64,000 bases of DNA, from the NCBI GenBank assembly GCA_963708075.1, contig OY970194.1:1952001-2016000 (forward strand). Reading direction: 5' to 3'. The translations under genes were made by a program, and so were the position numbers. This DNA is from Sedimentisphaerales bacterium (GTDB taxonomy: Bacteria > Planctomycetota > Phycisphaerae > Sedimentisphaerales > Anaerobacaceae). The notes beneath the pieces are model-generated. The model saw only the letters and a list, made by a program, of their open reading frames with translations. It did not search any database and was not told where the DNA came from. Each line of letters opens with the position of its first letter. Within the stretch, counting starts at the first letter, position 1. This document shows, in pieces, positions 41,011 to 51,893 of the stretch.

Positions 41011-42039
41011 ATGCGCACGAAGGTATTGTTCTCGGTACTGTGCTTTGTCGGCCTATGCTCGACCCTCTATGCGGATCAGGTGTTTCTGAAGAACGGGGAC
41101 ATTCTGACCGGTAAAATCGTCAGCATGACTGACGGAAAGATGGTCCTGGCTGTGGACCTCATCGGGGAGTTGACCATTGATGTGAGAAACATCGCAACAT
41201 TCAAGAGCGATGCCCCCGTGGAGATTCACCTCAGCGACGGCACTGTGCTGCACCAGCCGGTGGCCACGGCCGAGCCGAATCAATTCTCCATTACGACGGG
41301 CAAGCCCCTCCAGCCTCAGACCTTCAGCTTGACCCAGGTGGTATCGATCAATCCACCACCCCGGCCGCTGCCCAAGTGGACCGGCAACATCACCGGCTCA
41401 CTGACTTCCACCCACGGCAACACCAGCGCGGATACCATGGCCGGCAGCTTTAGCATGATGCGCCGTGGTGAGAAGGACCGCACCACCGCCAGCGCCGACT
41501 ACGTCAAGAGCGACCGGGAGGACCCGGATACCGGAGAAGAAGAGACCACGGAGAACTGGTGGAAGACCAAAGCACAGTACGACTACTTCTTCTCAAAGAA
41601 GTTCTTCGGCTTTGTGAACGGCAGATATGAGAAGGATGCCATTGCCGAGTTGGACCGGCGGGTTGTGGTCGGCGGCGGTGCCGGTTATCAGTGGATCGAG
41701 GAACCGAAGACGAGCTTCTCCACCAGCTTCGGTCTGGCATCGCTCTATGAGAAGTTCGACAACCAGACCGACAGCAACAGCGAGCTCTCCCTGCAGGCTG
41801 GATATGTCTTCCAGAAGACCCTGTTGGAGAACCTCAGATTCATGCATGACTTGACCTATTACCCAAGCATCGAGCAGTTCTCCGACTACTTCCTGACTAC
41901 CTCCGCGGAGCTGCGGGTCACGATGGTCAAGAACCTGTTCGCCAGCTTCCGGGTGATCTTCGATTACGACACCAGCCCAGCGCAAGGGCGAGGCAGCACG
42001 GATGTCAAGTACATGCTTGGTATCGGCCTCAACTTCTGA
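41011..42039 (+). CDS. DUF481 outer-membrane beta-barrel with an N-terminal LKNGD domain
   Basis: Signal peptide; DQVFLKNGDILTG; amphipathic strands; GGGAGYQW; C-terminal GIGLNF. Confidence 0.8.
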   Translation: MRTKVLFSVLCFVGLCSTLYADQVFLKNGDILTGKIVSMTDGKMVLAVDLIGELTIDVRNIATFKSDAPVEIHLSDGTVLHQPVATAEPNQFSITTGKPLQPQTFSLTQVVSINPPPRPLPKWTGNITGSLTSTHGNTSADTMAGSFSMMRRGEKDRTTASADYVKSDREDPDTGEEETTENWWKTKAQYDYFFSKKFFGFVNGRYEKDAIAELDRRVVVGGGAGYQWIEEPKTSFSTSFGLASLYEKFDNQTDSNSELSLQAGYVFQKTLLENLRFMHDLTYYPSIEQFSDYFLTTSAELRVTMVKNLFASFRVIFDYDTSPAQGRGSTDVKYMLGIGLNF

Positions 42040-42068
42040 GCAAGCTCGAGGCAACGACAGTATTCAAC

Positions 42069-42107
42069 CAGCCGGGCTCGGTTACTCCTCGGGCCCGGCT
42101 GATTCTT
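42069..42107 (+). terminator. Hairpin terminator between convergent genes
   Basis: CAGCCGGGCTCG...CGGGCCCGGCTG stem followed by ATTCTT. Confidence 0.6.
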
Positions 42108-42226
42108 GCGCTTAGTCCTTCCATCTCATGTCCCTGGCGGGATGAATCGACGGCAGACCCCTTCTCAATGGGACACGCGATCAGATCCACTACGGGCGAT
42201 ATGGTGTTGCGTCTTCGTGCCGCCCT

Positions 42227-45200
42227 CTATCGGGCTTTGCTCTTGGTGAGCGTAAGCGTGATGTTGCCCCCGGCCGGATCGCTTGCCTCCGTAAAGCGAG
42301 GCGGGACGAACGTGATGCGTCCGGCTCCATTGGGAATTCCTTCGATCGCCAGCAACATCGCCAGAGTCTCGAGGCGCGCTTTGCCGATAACCATACATGC
42401 GTCGCGGGTGCGCCTTCTTGCGGCATATTCTGAACCCGGTCGCATGGTCTCCAGAAGGTCGTCCAAGGCCCGCTCGATCAGGCCGAGTTGCGTTTCGGCC
42501 TCCTGCAGACGTCTTGTTCTTCCGAGCACATTCTCATAAGAGCCCGCAGCGTAGGCCGTGCGAGCCTGACCTGCCAGCTCATCTCTCACTTGTTGAAGCC
42601 CTGCTTTGTCCTGCCGGAGCTTCATCAGCAACTCTCGCGCCTGCGCGGACGACAGATTGACAAGCCCGTTCGCTTTTTCGATGTCCCCCCCGCCGAGGTG
42701 ATGTCGAACCATGACGGACAGATCCCGTTCGCGTCGCAGGCGTTCCCTGATCTTCGCCAGCTCTGCCGCCTGCTTCTCCGAAAGCGTGGTGACGCCGGCC
42801 GCATACTGCACGACGTGGATTTCGGCACCGCTCGGTTCCTCTTTCTCCCCGCCCAGAATATTGCCGATTGTTCCGACGACCCTGTAGGGCGAACCGGCCA
42901 CAGCGCCGGCAATGAGGGCGGCTGCGGCTCCTACGGCCGCTTTGGTAACCTGCCCACCGGAAAGGCCTTCCTCGCCAACCTGGAATGACAGCGGCAGCCG
43001 GATGGAACCGCCCGCGTCACGGAGGATGAATAGCACCGTGTCGAGAGACACCGGCAAAGTAAGCAGTTTCGCCAGAAAGCCGTCTGGCGGCTCAGTCAGC
43101 GACAGATCTGTGAAAACCAGTCGGGCCCGGGTCGATAGCGGCTGATCCTTGTGGAATCGCACATCAACACTGGCATCAAAGATGCCGTCACGAAGCGCCA
43201 TCCCTTTCTGCTTGGCTATCCCTTCGAAGTTGACCAGTTCCAGTCCGCTCAATCCCGCTTTCACCCAGCCGTCGGGACGCGGATAGAGGGTCAGCCGTCC
43301 GGTGGCGGACATCTCCTGAAAGAGCAGACGATTCTCCATAGTCGAAGGCTCCGAGGAGTCTGGGGCGGAGCTCTCGGCCGAGTCCCCGGCGGCGGACGCG
43401 GAGCCACGCTTTGTTCCCGGCAACGGCACCTCACCGGCGGTCGCAACAACGTTGAATCGCATCGGCTCCTTGGCCTGGGCCCCGGGCGTGGTGAACCCCC
43501 GAACTTCGACGTCCAGACCCTTCAACGGCATGTACATCGGGGGATCCACGGTTCGGTCGGCGAAACTGAAATCGACCCCATTCACGAGGAGTTGATCGAT
43601 GCGCAGGTCGAGCTGTCTGCCTTGCCCTTGTGAATCCTCCACACTACGGGCCAGCGCATCATTCACATCCGTCGTGGCCGGCGCCGCAACAGCATTGGCA
43701 TCGGCGCTCGCCGCCGCGGGCGACATCTTCAGGATCATGCCAAGCACGTGCAATCCATCGGCCTCTCTGGAGATCGCCCCCTGCGGCTTTACCAAGCCAA
43801 TTTCCTTCACGTGAACGCTGCCGCTATTCGGGTCCACCCTCGGTATGGCCGCACGGAATTCCTCAAAACTTACCAGCACGGTATTTGCATCCGTGTCGCT
43901 GAACGCAACGGCTTTGACCAACAGATCCAGACCAAAAGGCCTGCTGAAGTCGAATTCCGCGACGTTGCGCCGCTCCGCGTGCAGCGTCAGTTGAGCGTTT
44001 CCGGAAAACTTGCCGGCCCGCAGGCTGTTGGCATCCACTGCCGTCCGGAGTTCCGGCAGGATGGAAGTCAGTCCGGCGCCGTGGATCTGCGCGATGTTCC
44101 ATTCCGCGAGAATCTGCGGCTGGGCGACAAAGGGCGACAACTCCAGCTTCAACCGAAGGGATTCCGTCAAAGGCTGAATCTGACCGTGGATATCGATCTT
44201 GACGGGCGGATTGGTATCGGGCTCGTCCCCGAGGAGCTTGATGCCCTCGGCATTGCTGATCTGCAAGTCCGAGACGACGATGGGAGTCGCCGTCGCTCTG
44301 GCTTCGTCTTTCACGGTGAGCTTGCGGGCCTGCAGGGACAATCGTTCGAGGACTATAAGCGGCAAACGCTGTGCTTTTCGTGCGGCGTCGCCCAGGCGGC
44401 CCGCTTTCTCCTCCGGTGGGGTCGGCACTGTCGCGGTGTGTTTCTCCACAGACGCCGCGGCGACCGGTTGCTTGCCCGCCGCGGGAGGATTGCCGGTGGC
44501 CGTCGGCTCGGAAGCCCCCATGTCCAAGCCCAGGAGACTCATCGTGCCGGACGCCTTGTGCTCGACGGTGGCCTCAAGACCCTGGAGAGACACCTGCCGG
44601 ATGGATATCAAGCGTGCGTTCGGGTCGAACCGATCGACGGCCAGCTCGGCCGAGTCGAAACGCAGAAGCGGCTCCTCTGCGGAACTCCCACGGTAGTCAA
44701 CGTCGGCGATGTTGACGCGAACGCGCCGGCCACCGTCGGGATGGCGCATCAGGTCGGCGATAATTCTCGCGCGGAATTGTCCCTCCTTCAGGGCCGGTTC
44801 CCATCCTTTCGGCAGATAGGACAACAGCGGTCCCGCATCGATCCCCGCCGCCTGAACCTTCAGGTCAGTCCCCTGCTTTGACGGCGTCATCTGAACCTGC
44901 CCGGAGACAATCGCCTCCTGAATCATGCCCGGGGCCCTGACAATGACGGCCACTGTTGCCGGAGACGCCTCGACTCCCAACGCAAAATCAGTCAGGGTAA
45001 GGTCTGTCGCTATGGCCTGTGATACCGGGGGCACTACGGCATGATCGGACCACTGGATCCTCGCGTCTTTTACCTCCAAACGACCCACGCGCACGGGCAA
45101 GGCCTGCTCCGGCTTCTTCGGCTCCGGTTTCGTCGCCTCTGATGGTGTCTCTGATCCGATCTCTCGCCCAGGGACGGTGCGCAGACCCACGCAGGAAAGC

Positions 45201-47785
45201 ACGCCGGACTCTTCCCGCGAAAGCAACAGTCGGGGCTGCTCAATCGTGATACGCTCCACCTGCAGACCCGTGTCGGTCAGGTTCAATTGCGCGACGTCTA
45301 TCTGGTTGAATCCGGCCAGCTCTACATCGCCATCCTTGATGGCTACATCGCGGACCGTCGCCGAGCAACGAATCCCCTGGGCTCCCCAGGTGACCTGGCC
45401 GTTCATCTTGGCGCCGACGCTCCCCTTGGTCACCGTCAACTCAGTTCCCAGAGCCTGGAGATAGGGCGTCATCTCGGTCAGGGCCATGCCCTCGCCGTTG
45501 AGAGCAAGATCGAAGGACAGCCCGGCCGGCTGCAATGCCACGGTCCCGCTCAACTCCGCACGCTCGACAGTCCCGGGACTGCGGAGCCATGCCTTGAGGG
45601 AAGCGGGCGATGCAGAACCGTCCTCGCCGCCAAACACGAAGTTGGTCAACTCGAACCCAAAGTCCGGCACAGCAATGGTCTTGGCGGGCGTGACCATTCG
45701 GTCTACAAAGGTCAGTTCGTTATCGTGCCAGGACAAACGTCCGATTTCAATTCTGGCCGTCTGCCCACCGGCCGCGGGGGCCCCGGCGTTTTGGACCGTA
45801 TCCGCACCCCCAGCCTTGGGTCGGTCCGGCTGAGTACTCGTGTCGGCCTGTCCCGGCTCAGGCTGGGATGGACTGCCGGCAAGCCGAAAGCCCAGAACGG
45901 TCAGGCAGCCCGTCTCATCCCGTCCAAGGGCAAGACGCTGTCCCGAGATCTCCACCTGGTCGATGTGCGTTGTTCCGGAATTGGGGTCGATCCTCACCCC
46001 CTGAACACCGATGGCCTTGAGGCCAAACAGCTCGCCGGTGTCCTGCAGGCTGATATTCGTGATCGACGCGGACGCCTCCAGTGGCCCGCCTTTCTGCTGC
46101 GCGAACGTGGCGTTCAGGTCGCATGCGAACTTCCCGCCTTTGTAGAGAGACTCGATGCCGAGCCTTTTCAAATGCGCCTGTAACGCATCCGGGCGGATTC
46201 CTGTTCCAGACAGCTTGAGCGCCGCGCTGCTCTCGGAGGAGGACAACACCACTGTCCCGCCGGCCTGGAGGCTTTCCACGATGCCCGGCGCGCCCAAACG
46301 GGCCGTTAGCGCCAGTCCGTTCGACTGCGACGGGGCGTTTGCCACGGCCACATCGTTGATGTCCAGCACCAGATTGACCGAAGGAGACACGGACTCATCG
46401 TGGAGTACAAAGCGCACGTCGCGCACCTCGACTCCGCCCAGGGACCACGCCCCCGGCGCCTTGCCCGTAGCATCGGCACCTTCCGCCACGTCCGGCTTGG
46501 CCGTCGAGCCCGATCGGGGGCGACCGACAAACTGGAAGCCGCCTGCCGAAAGTACCCCCGTGGCCCTCTTCCAGGCGTGAAACGCACCGCCGCGGACCTG
46601 TATCTTGCCTACGCGGATGGCGCCCGAGCTGGGCACATTGGCGTCCACTGAGGCGTGCGCCAGCGTGAAATGGTCCATGCCGTCGATGGTCAGGGCTGCA
46701 TTGTTCGATTCGAGGTGAACCTCAAGTGCTGGTGATGAGGGTAGGGCTGCCACTTCGCCCGGCGTGAGCGGCTGCTCTCCCTGGGAGTCAACATCGTTCG
46801 CCTCCCCCATGCGATTTCCCTGAATCCGGACGGAGCCGGTACAGGCGAGCGCGAGATTCCGGCCGTCAGGCACAAGTCCCAAATCGGCCAGGTAGTCCTT
46901 CACCGCGCCGGGATGCAGGCCCTGAAGGGCGACCTTCATATCAGCCAGAAGATCGCTTCCATCGCTCGAACCTATCCCTTCGACCAGCAACTGATCCAGC
47001 ACGGGGGGAGAGGACAGAATGACCTGGAATCGCGTCTTGCGCTTGTCCGATCGCAGGTCGGAGAGCCGTACGTTCAGATCCAGCCGGGTTTCAAAAGCCG
47101 GCGTAACACTCATGTCCTGAAAATGAACTTGCACATGCTGTAGTCGCATTGCATCGATCTGGAGCGGCGGCGTCAGATCGAGGGCACGTGGCGACGCGGG
47201 GGTCGAGACTGCCTGAGCATCGGCGGGCTCTGCCGTAGCGATTCGTTCGCGCAGGACGGCCAGCAAGGTCCGCAACTGCGGGAATGTACCATCTCGGGCC
47301 CGGGTCAGACTGACGTCCATTCCATCAATCTCGATGCGAGGTACGACGAGCCGGCGCGTCAACAGCGTCAATAGGGAAACCTCTGCCCGGCAATACTCGA
47401 CATCGGTCAGCGGCGTGTTGGCATCGGTCGACACCAGTGCGAGATGCCAAAGCTCGGCGTCTCCGGTGAGCAGAGAGAGATTCAATCGTTCGTAGTGAGC
47501 TTCCAGGCCGTACGGCGCCATCGTCTTGTTCATAATCCATGGCAGAGAGAGCCACAGAGCGATGCGCAGAACCACGACCACAGCTGCTAGGACGGCGAAG
47601 ACCCAGAAGAGACGCCGAAGCCAGCGAGGTCGGCGGCCCCCGGCCTTGCGCTCGATGGGGTGGTCCGGTGGGCTACCGGATGTTCCGCTCGGCTCAGAGC
47701 CAGCGGCGGCCGCAACGGTGTTCTCAACGGGCATTTTGTCCGGACTTGGTGAGGACGACTTGATTCTTCTCTTTCTATGCCTCAA
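42227..47785 (-). CDS. Very large DUF748/AsmA-like protein, N-terminal membrane anchor, C-terminal OmpA-like region; start uncertain (TTG 47785 or ATG 47734)
   Basis: RRPRWLRRLFWVFAVLAAVVVVLR anchor; repeated 'I..L.......F.D....P' units; LRDAGGSIRLPLSFQV near the C-terminus. Confidence 0.7.
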   Translation of the reverse strand: MRHRKRRIKSSSPSPDKMPVENTVAAAAGSEPSGTSGSPPDHPIERKAGGRRPRWLRRLFWVFAVLAAVVVVLRIALWLSLPWIMNKTMAPYGLEAHYERLNLSLLTGDAELWHLALVSTDANTPLTDVEYCRAEVSLLTLLTRRLVVPRIEIDGMDVSLTRARDGTFPQLRTLLAVLRERIATAEPADAQAVSTPASPRALDLTPPLQIDAMRLQHVQVHFQDMSVTPAFETRLDLNVRLSDLRSDKRKTRFQVILSSPPVLDQLLVEGIGSSDGSDLLADMKVALQGLHPGAVKDYLADLGLVPDGRNLALACTGSVRIQGNRMGEANDVDSQGEQPLTPGEVAALPSSPALEVHLESNNAALTIDGMDHFTLAHASVDANVPSSGAIRVGKIQVRGGAFHAWKRATGVLSAGGFQFVGRPRSGSTAKPDVAEGADATGKAPGAWSLGGVEVRDVRFVLHDESVSPSVNLVLDINDVAVANAPSQSNGLALTARLGAPGIVESLQAGGTVVLSSSESSAALKLSGTGIRPDALQAHLKRLGIESLYKGGKFACDLNATFAQQKGGPLEASASITNISLQDTGELFGLKAIGVQGVRIDPNSGTTHIDQVEISGQRLALGRDETGCLTVLGFRLAGSPSQPEPGQADTSTQPDRPKAGGADTVQNAGAPAAGGQTARIEIGRLSWHDNELTFVDRMVTPAKTIAVPDFGFELTNFVFGGEDGSASPASLKAWLRSPGTVERAELSGTVALQPAGLSFDLALNGEGMALTEMTPYLQALGTELTVTKGSVGAKMNGQVTWGAQGIRCSATVRDVAIKDGDVELAGFNQIDVAQLNLTDTGLQVERITIEQPRLLLSREESGVLSCVGLRTVPGREIGSETPSEATKPEPKKPEQALPVRVGRLEVKDARIQWSDHAVVPPVSQAIATDLTLTDFALGVEASPATVAVIVRAPGMIQEAIVSGQVQMTPSKQGTDLKVQAAGIDAGPLLSYLPKGWEPALKEGQFRARIIADLMRHPDGGRRVRVNIADVDYRGSSAEEPLLRFDSAELAVDRFDPNARLISIRQVSLQGLEATVEHKASGTMSLLGLDMGASEPTATGNPPAAGKQPVAAASVEKHTATVPTPPEEKAGRLGDAARKAQRLPLIVLERLSLQARKLTVKDEARATATPIVVSDLQISNAEGIKLLGDEPDTNPPVKIDIHGQIQPLTESLRLKLELSPFVAQPQILAEWNIAQIHGAGLTSILPELRTAVDANSLRAGKFSGNAQLTLHAERRNVAEFDFSRPFGLDLLVKAVAFSDTDANTVLVSFEEFRAAIPRVDPNSGSVHVKEIGLVKPQGAISREADGLHVLGMILKMSPAAASADANAVAAPATTDVNDALARSVEDSQGQGRQLDLRIDQLLVNGVDFSFADRTVDPPMYMPLKGLDVEVRGFTTPGAQAKEPMRFNVVATAGEVPLPGTKRGSASAAGDSAESSAPDSSEPSTMENRLLFQEMSATGRLTLYPRPDGWVKAGLSGLELVNFEGIAKQKGMALRDGIFDASVDVRFHKDQPLSTRARLVFTDLSLTEPPDGFLAKLLTLPVSLDTVLFILRDAGGSIRLPLSFQVGEEGLSGGQVTKAAVGAAAALIAGAVAGSPYRVVGTIGNILGGEKEEPSGAEIHVVQYAAGVTTLSEKQAAELAKIRERLRRERDLSVMVRHHLGGGDIEKANGLVNLSSAQARELLMKLRQDKAGLQQVRDELAGQARTAYAAGSYENVLGRTRRLQEAETQLGLIERALDDLLETMRPGSEYAARRRTRDACMVIGKARLETLAMLLAIEGIPNGAGRITFVPPRFTEASDPAGGNITLTLTKSKAR

Positions 47786-47802
47786 GGGACGCACCTCTGG
47801 TT

Positions 47803-49317
47803 CTACTGTTGTTCCTGCAGGGCCCGGTTCAGAACGCTGCGCCTTTCTTTGAGCGAGGCCAGAGGATCGTAGCCTTCCGGCGCTCGGCCCTTCGCTGCCA
47901 GCCATTCAAAGGCACGAGTCCGGGCAGCCGGCGAAATGTCCTCCAGGTAGATGAAGTTCTCCTGGAGTAGCCGCTGCTCCAGATCCGCGATATTGGCCGC
48001 CTCCGAAACCATCTCTTTCAGAACAGGAGGATGACGGCCTACCTCCCCGGTGTAACGGATTGCAATGGCCTCCAGTTCCGGCCACGTCTGGTCGGCGGAC
48101 ATCAACTCCACGAGAAGCTGATACGCTGTCTTTTGCAGCCGCCATCCCAGTGCGTTTGGCTCGAACGGAGGACCCGACCCGCATTCATTTGCGATCGCAT
48201 ACGCCAAACGGTCGATGACGATGTCCGTGGTCGAGAGTGTTATGTCCTCGATCAAGGGCGCTGCGGCCTCTCGCGCGAGGTACAGCAGCGCCCGCCGCCC
48301 ATGCGTGGGCGACTGGACAAGCCGAATCGCATCTTCGATGCCTCGTCTGCCGGCGTCGAACTGTGGTCCCCCCTGCTCGCCACTGCCTTCGGCGGCAGCC
48401 CGCAGGTAGTCCTGACACTCTTTCAGCAGCGCAGCATATGTGACAGCCTTGCCCGTCCCCTTCTGCGGAGACGGCGTCACCTCGATCAGAGCCACAATCG
48501 CTGCGATTCCCTCTATATCAAACGGCGACGGCAAGATGACTGCCAATCGGTCCTGTTCCTGCAAGTCCCACGGCTTCAACACGATAGTCTCGGTCGTCAG
48601 CATGCCGGGGGCCGCCGGCACAGACTGCTTTTGTCCCTTCCCGGAACTCGCGTCACTGTCTGCATCGGGCAGAACAGTTTCCTTCAGCTCTCCCGTGGCC
48701 ACGAGCGAGATCTCCAGGGAGACACCCGTCGGGGGCAGTTCCTTCCCCTCCTGTCCGCGCCGCACTTGAATATCGAGCTTGCGGATAGCGCCGGCATCGA
48801 CGACCGGCCTCTTCAAAATGCGGAAACTCGTGCCGACCCCATCTGGCAAAACGCCATGCAGCATCTCTCTGGACAGAGGCACGGCTGGACCACGAGTCGT
48901 AGCATGTTCCAGAATCTGTGTCTCGCTTTGGACGACTCCTACCCTGGCTTTTCTTAGCAGCCCGGCAACGGCGGTAACCGCCGAACTTGTAGGAAGGATC
49001 GTGATCATCCGGGTTTGTGACTCCACGGGATCCAAGGTGTTCTCGAACCACCGGTTCATCGGCGCGAACGTCACAGTAACGCCGAGAGAGTCTTCGAGAC
49101 GAAGTGAATTGCTGTCCGCCGGTTTGTTGCCGGGCAACGGAGAGCCCCAAGAATAGCTCACATCATATTGCAGCATGGACACAGGTAGAGTGCCCGAACG
49201 ACTCTTGCGGCCAAGGTGACAGCCCGCAGACAGGACTAAGACCCCACATGTCAAGCAGAGGGTAGTTCGACACCAGCCGGTCCGACCATCGCATCGGTGA
49301 TTCAACTGTCGTTCCAT
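47803..49317 (-). CDS. Hypothetical lipoprotein, probably co-transcribed with the DUF748 gene
   Basis: Lipobox VLSAGC; GAGG RBS before ATG 49317; helical C-terminus ending GYDPL...ERR. Confidence 0.65.
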   Translation of the reverse strand: MERQLNHRCDGRTGWCRTTLCLTCGVLVLSAGCHLGRKSRSGTLPVSMLQYDVSYSWGSPLPGNKPADSNSLRLEDSLGVTVTFAPMNRWFENTLDPVESQTRMITILPTSSAVTAVAGLLRKARVGVVQSETQILEHATTRGPAVPLSREMLHGVLPDGVGTSFRILKRPVVDAGAIRKLDIQVRRGQEGKELPPTGVSLEISLVATGELKETVLPDADSDASSGKGQKQSVPAAPGMLTTETIVLKPWDLQEQDRLAVILPSPFDIEGIAAIVALIEVTPSPQKGTGKAVTYAALLKECQDYLRAAAEGSGEQGGPQFDAGRRGIEDAIRLVQSPTHGRRALLYLAREAAAPLIEDITLSTTDIVIDRLAYAIANECGSGPPFEPNALGWRLQKTAYQLLVELMSADQTWPELEAIAIRYTGEVGRHPPVLKEMVSEAANIADLEQRLLQENFIYLEDISPAARTRAFEWLAAKGRAPEGYDPLASLKERRSVLNRALQEQQ

Positions 49318-49491
49318 ATTCCTCTCGGATACACATCCCCAGGGTCGAGACATGGCGATCATCCGCCATCCTTCTTTCGCAGCTTACTACGTGCCGGTGC
49401 AGGATACAAGCAATACATGCCAGTCGAACTGATGAATTATCGGTGGATTCATGTCGCTGCATGACGAGAGCACTTGAAGACCGCCGGGCCG

Positions 49492-51522
49492 TCAACCAGG
49501 GTTGCCTCGCGCGCTCGCTTTCACCGTCGGCATGTCGGCCGGGAAGTGGCTCAGGAAGAACTCCTGCATGGGACCCTCATAAAGAGCCAGCCGCACTGCG
49601 CCCCAGGTTGCCTGGTCGCCCGTGGCGTACGTGATATAGGTCCTGCCTTCCCACTCGAACACGTCCACATCGGAGTTGTTGATCCCTTCGCCGGGGCCGG
49701 CCTCGAGGATGGGGTTGAACGGGCTGAGTTCCCAGGTGGCCAGATCTTTCGAGCGAGCCAGGAACGATACATACCCTTTGTGGCCCGGGATGGGCGCGTG
49801 CAGGTAGATGACGTAGTAATACGGCGAGAAATACCGGATCACCGGGCACGCACTGTATTCGTGGTTCACACCGGTGAAGATCAGGCCCGGCATTTTCTCC
49901 CACTGCGACAGATCCCGGGAGCGGGCGAATTTGAAACAGAACTGCACGGGCTGGTTCGACTCATAGGCCATCAGAAAGCCCTTCTCATCCCGGCAAACGG
50001 ACGCATTGAAGAGGTGCTCGTCGCCTTCCTTCGCAATCGCCGGCTCGCGTTTCCATGTTTTGAGGTCGCGAGTCGAGAAGTGATACAGGCTCTGGAACCA
50101 GTCGCGGTCGGTCCCTTCGCTGGCAAAGACATGAAGTTCCGACCCATCCACGAAAGCATTGGCGAAGGAGTGGCCTTCACCGAAGCGGCACACTTCATTG
50201 CCCGTGTTGAGGTCGAGGATATAGAGATACATGCTCTCGGTGTAGCCGTCGGTGTTGTTCCTGGTGTCGTCGCGGCAGTTGAGCACGTGCAGCGGCCGGC
50301 CATTGAACACGACCGGCGTGTTCTCCATGGCCCTCGGCAGCGCGAAGGGCAGCTTCGTGAGTCTGGGCCGCGAGGGACTTGTCGATGAGGGCCAGACAAG
50401 CCGCGGCGGAGCGATCTGGGAGAACAGGTCCGCGGGCCAGAGCCCGAGCCGCTCGAAACCCGGCGGCACATCCTGCTTGAATTGCACGTATGCCTTGTTT
50501 CTACCCTTCGTCGTATAGGTGACGGCTTTCTGGGCCTCGCCCGGAGTGAAGACGCTGTAGCCGGCCAGAGTACAGTCCTCCAGATCGACGTGCAGCCGTC
50601 CGGTGGGCGCGTGTCCCTGTGTGCAGATGATGCCCGTCGATTTAGCGCCCATTTCCGGCTGCGTGAAGTTCAGCACGATCATGCGACAGTTGATGAATCT
50701 CGCCCGTGCACAATGGCTGGCGTAGGAAATGGCCACGGCATTGTCGCAATGAACCAGCGTGCAATCTTCGAACACCACGTGAGGCTGCTCGGGCATCGTT
50801 TTCTCCCATCCTCCCACCAGGACAGCCGCGGTATCGCCGACCCAGTCGAGGGCGAGGAAGTAGCACCGCCGAAACACGCTCGGCTCATTCTCCCGCACGA
50901 TCGGGTAGGCTACCCCGCCGCCGAAGGCCCGGCCGGTCCCCACGCAATCCTCGACGACAACGGTAAATTGCTCGCCGCTTTTGTTGGTGAGGTCCCAGAA
51001 GAATCCGCCGTCTCCTCCGGCCGTATAGAGATAGCGCAGGTTCCATCGATCCCAAACAATGCTGGAAAAGGTTTCCTGGTTGTTGCCATGCGGCCAGTGC
51101 CTGTCCGACGCGCGAATCGGCCCCCACCAATCCCAACTCTTGAACCCCTTCTCGGGGTCCCCGGAGTCAATCACGCTCCAGCCCGTGGCGCCGGAGCCGA
51201 GCCTGCCACCGACGTCGCCGACCAGAGTATTGTACGCACCGGCCGCACCTTTATAGGCTGGGGCCAGATTGGCCTCAACATAGGTGTCCGGCCGGATGAT
51301 GATCTGATGGCCGCCTTTCTCATCGGGCACGGCATCCAGCGCCTTTTGAATGGTGTGGAAAGCAGTCTTCCAACTCCGTCCGTCCGAGTCGTCGCCCAGC
51401 TTGGAGACGTAGAGCGTCACCCCGCGTCGAACGTCGCCCGGAGTTGGGGATGACTCTGCGCCCCGCGAGACCAACGTCGAGAAGTTCGTCGTGAGCAGCG
51501 TGAGCAGGAAGATGGTTTTCAT
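49492..51522 (-). CDS. Secreted beta-helix domain fused to a five-bladed propeller glycoside-hydrolase-like domain
   Basis: MKTIFLLTLL signal; LYVSKLGDDSDGRSWKTAFHTIQKALD; C-terminal half with ENTPVV, three S(R/K)DLxxW-type boxes and NNSDVD. Confidence 0.65.
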   Translation of the reverse strand: MKTIFLLTLLTTNFSTLVSRGAESSPTPGDVRRGVTLYVSKLGDDSDGRSWKTAFHTIQKALDAVPDEKGGHQIIIRPDTYVEANLAPAYKGAAGAYNTLVGDVGGRLGSGATGWSVIDSGDPEKGFKSWDWWGPIRASDRHWPHGNNQETFSSIVWDRWNLRYLYTAGGDGGFFWDLTNKSGEQFTVVVEDCVGTGRAFGGGVAYPIVRENEPSVFRRCYFLALDWVGDTAAVLVGGWEKTMPEQPHVVFEDCTLVHCDNAVAISYASHCARARFINCRMIVLNFTQPEMGAKSTGIICTQGHAPTGRLHVDLEDCTLAGYSVFTPGEAQKAVTYTTKGRNKAYVQFKQDVPPGFERLGLWPADLFSQIAPPRLVWPSSTSPSRPRLTKLPFALPRAMENTPVVFNGRPLHVLNCRDDTRNNTDGYTESMYLYILDLNTGNEVCRFGEGHSFANAFVDGSELHVFASEGTDRDWFQSLYHFSTRDLKTWKREPAIAKEGDEHLFNASVCRDEKGFLMAYESNQPVQFCFKFARSRDLSQWEKMPGLIFTGVNHEYSACPVIRYFSPYYYVIYLHAPIPGHKGYVSFLARSKDLATWELSPFNPILEAGPGEGINNSDVDVFEWEGRTYITYATGDQATWGAVRLALYEGPMQEFFLSHFPADMPTVKASARGNPG

Positions 51523-51893
51523 AACGGGGATAGTGCAAACCACATGGACACGGCTCTTGAGCTTGGGAAACGCAGTCAGCGAGTACGAATTGGCAGATTC
51601 CATAGACTTGTCCGGTAGCAGGCTTCGCCTGCATTTCTCATAACAGGCACAAAGAGGTCGATCATGAGAACACAGCATAGTTGGGAAAGTCCCCCGTTTC
51701 AAGCGCCAATTCGGCGTGAGATGGTCTCGCGATTTTACGGCGGTACGAAGTCCTTCCCCTTGCACACGGTGGTCATCGCAGTGCCATAAGGGAACTGATT
51801 TCTTTTGAAGTATCCCTCGTGACGTGCCATAATCATTGGGCACGGTGGACATTGGACCTCTCGCCAGGTCCCAGTCAGGAAAGGAATACGGAT

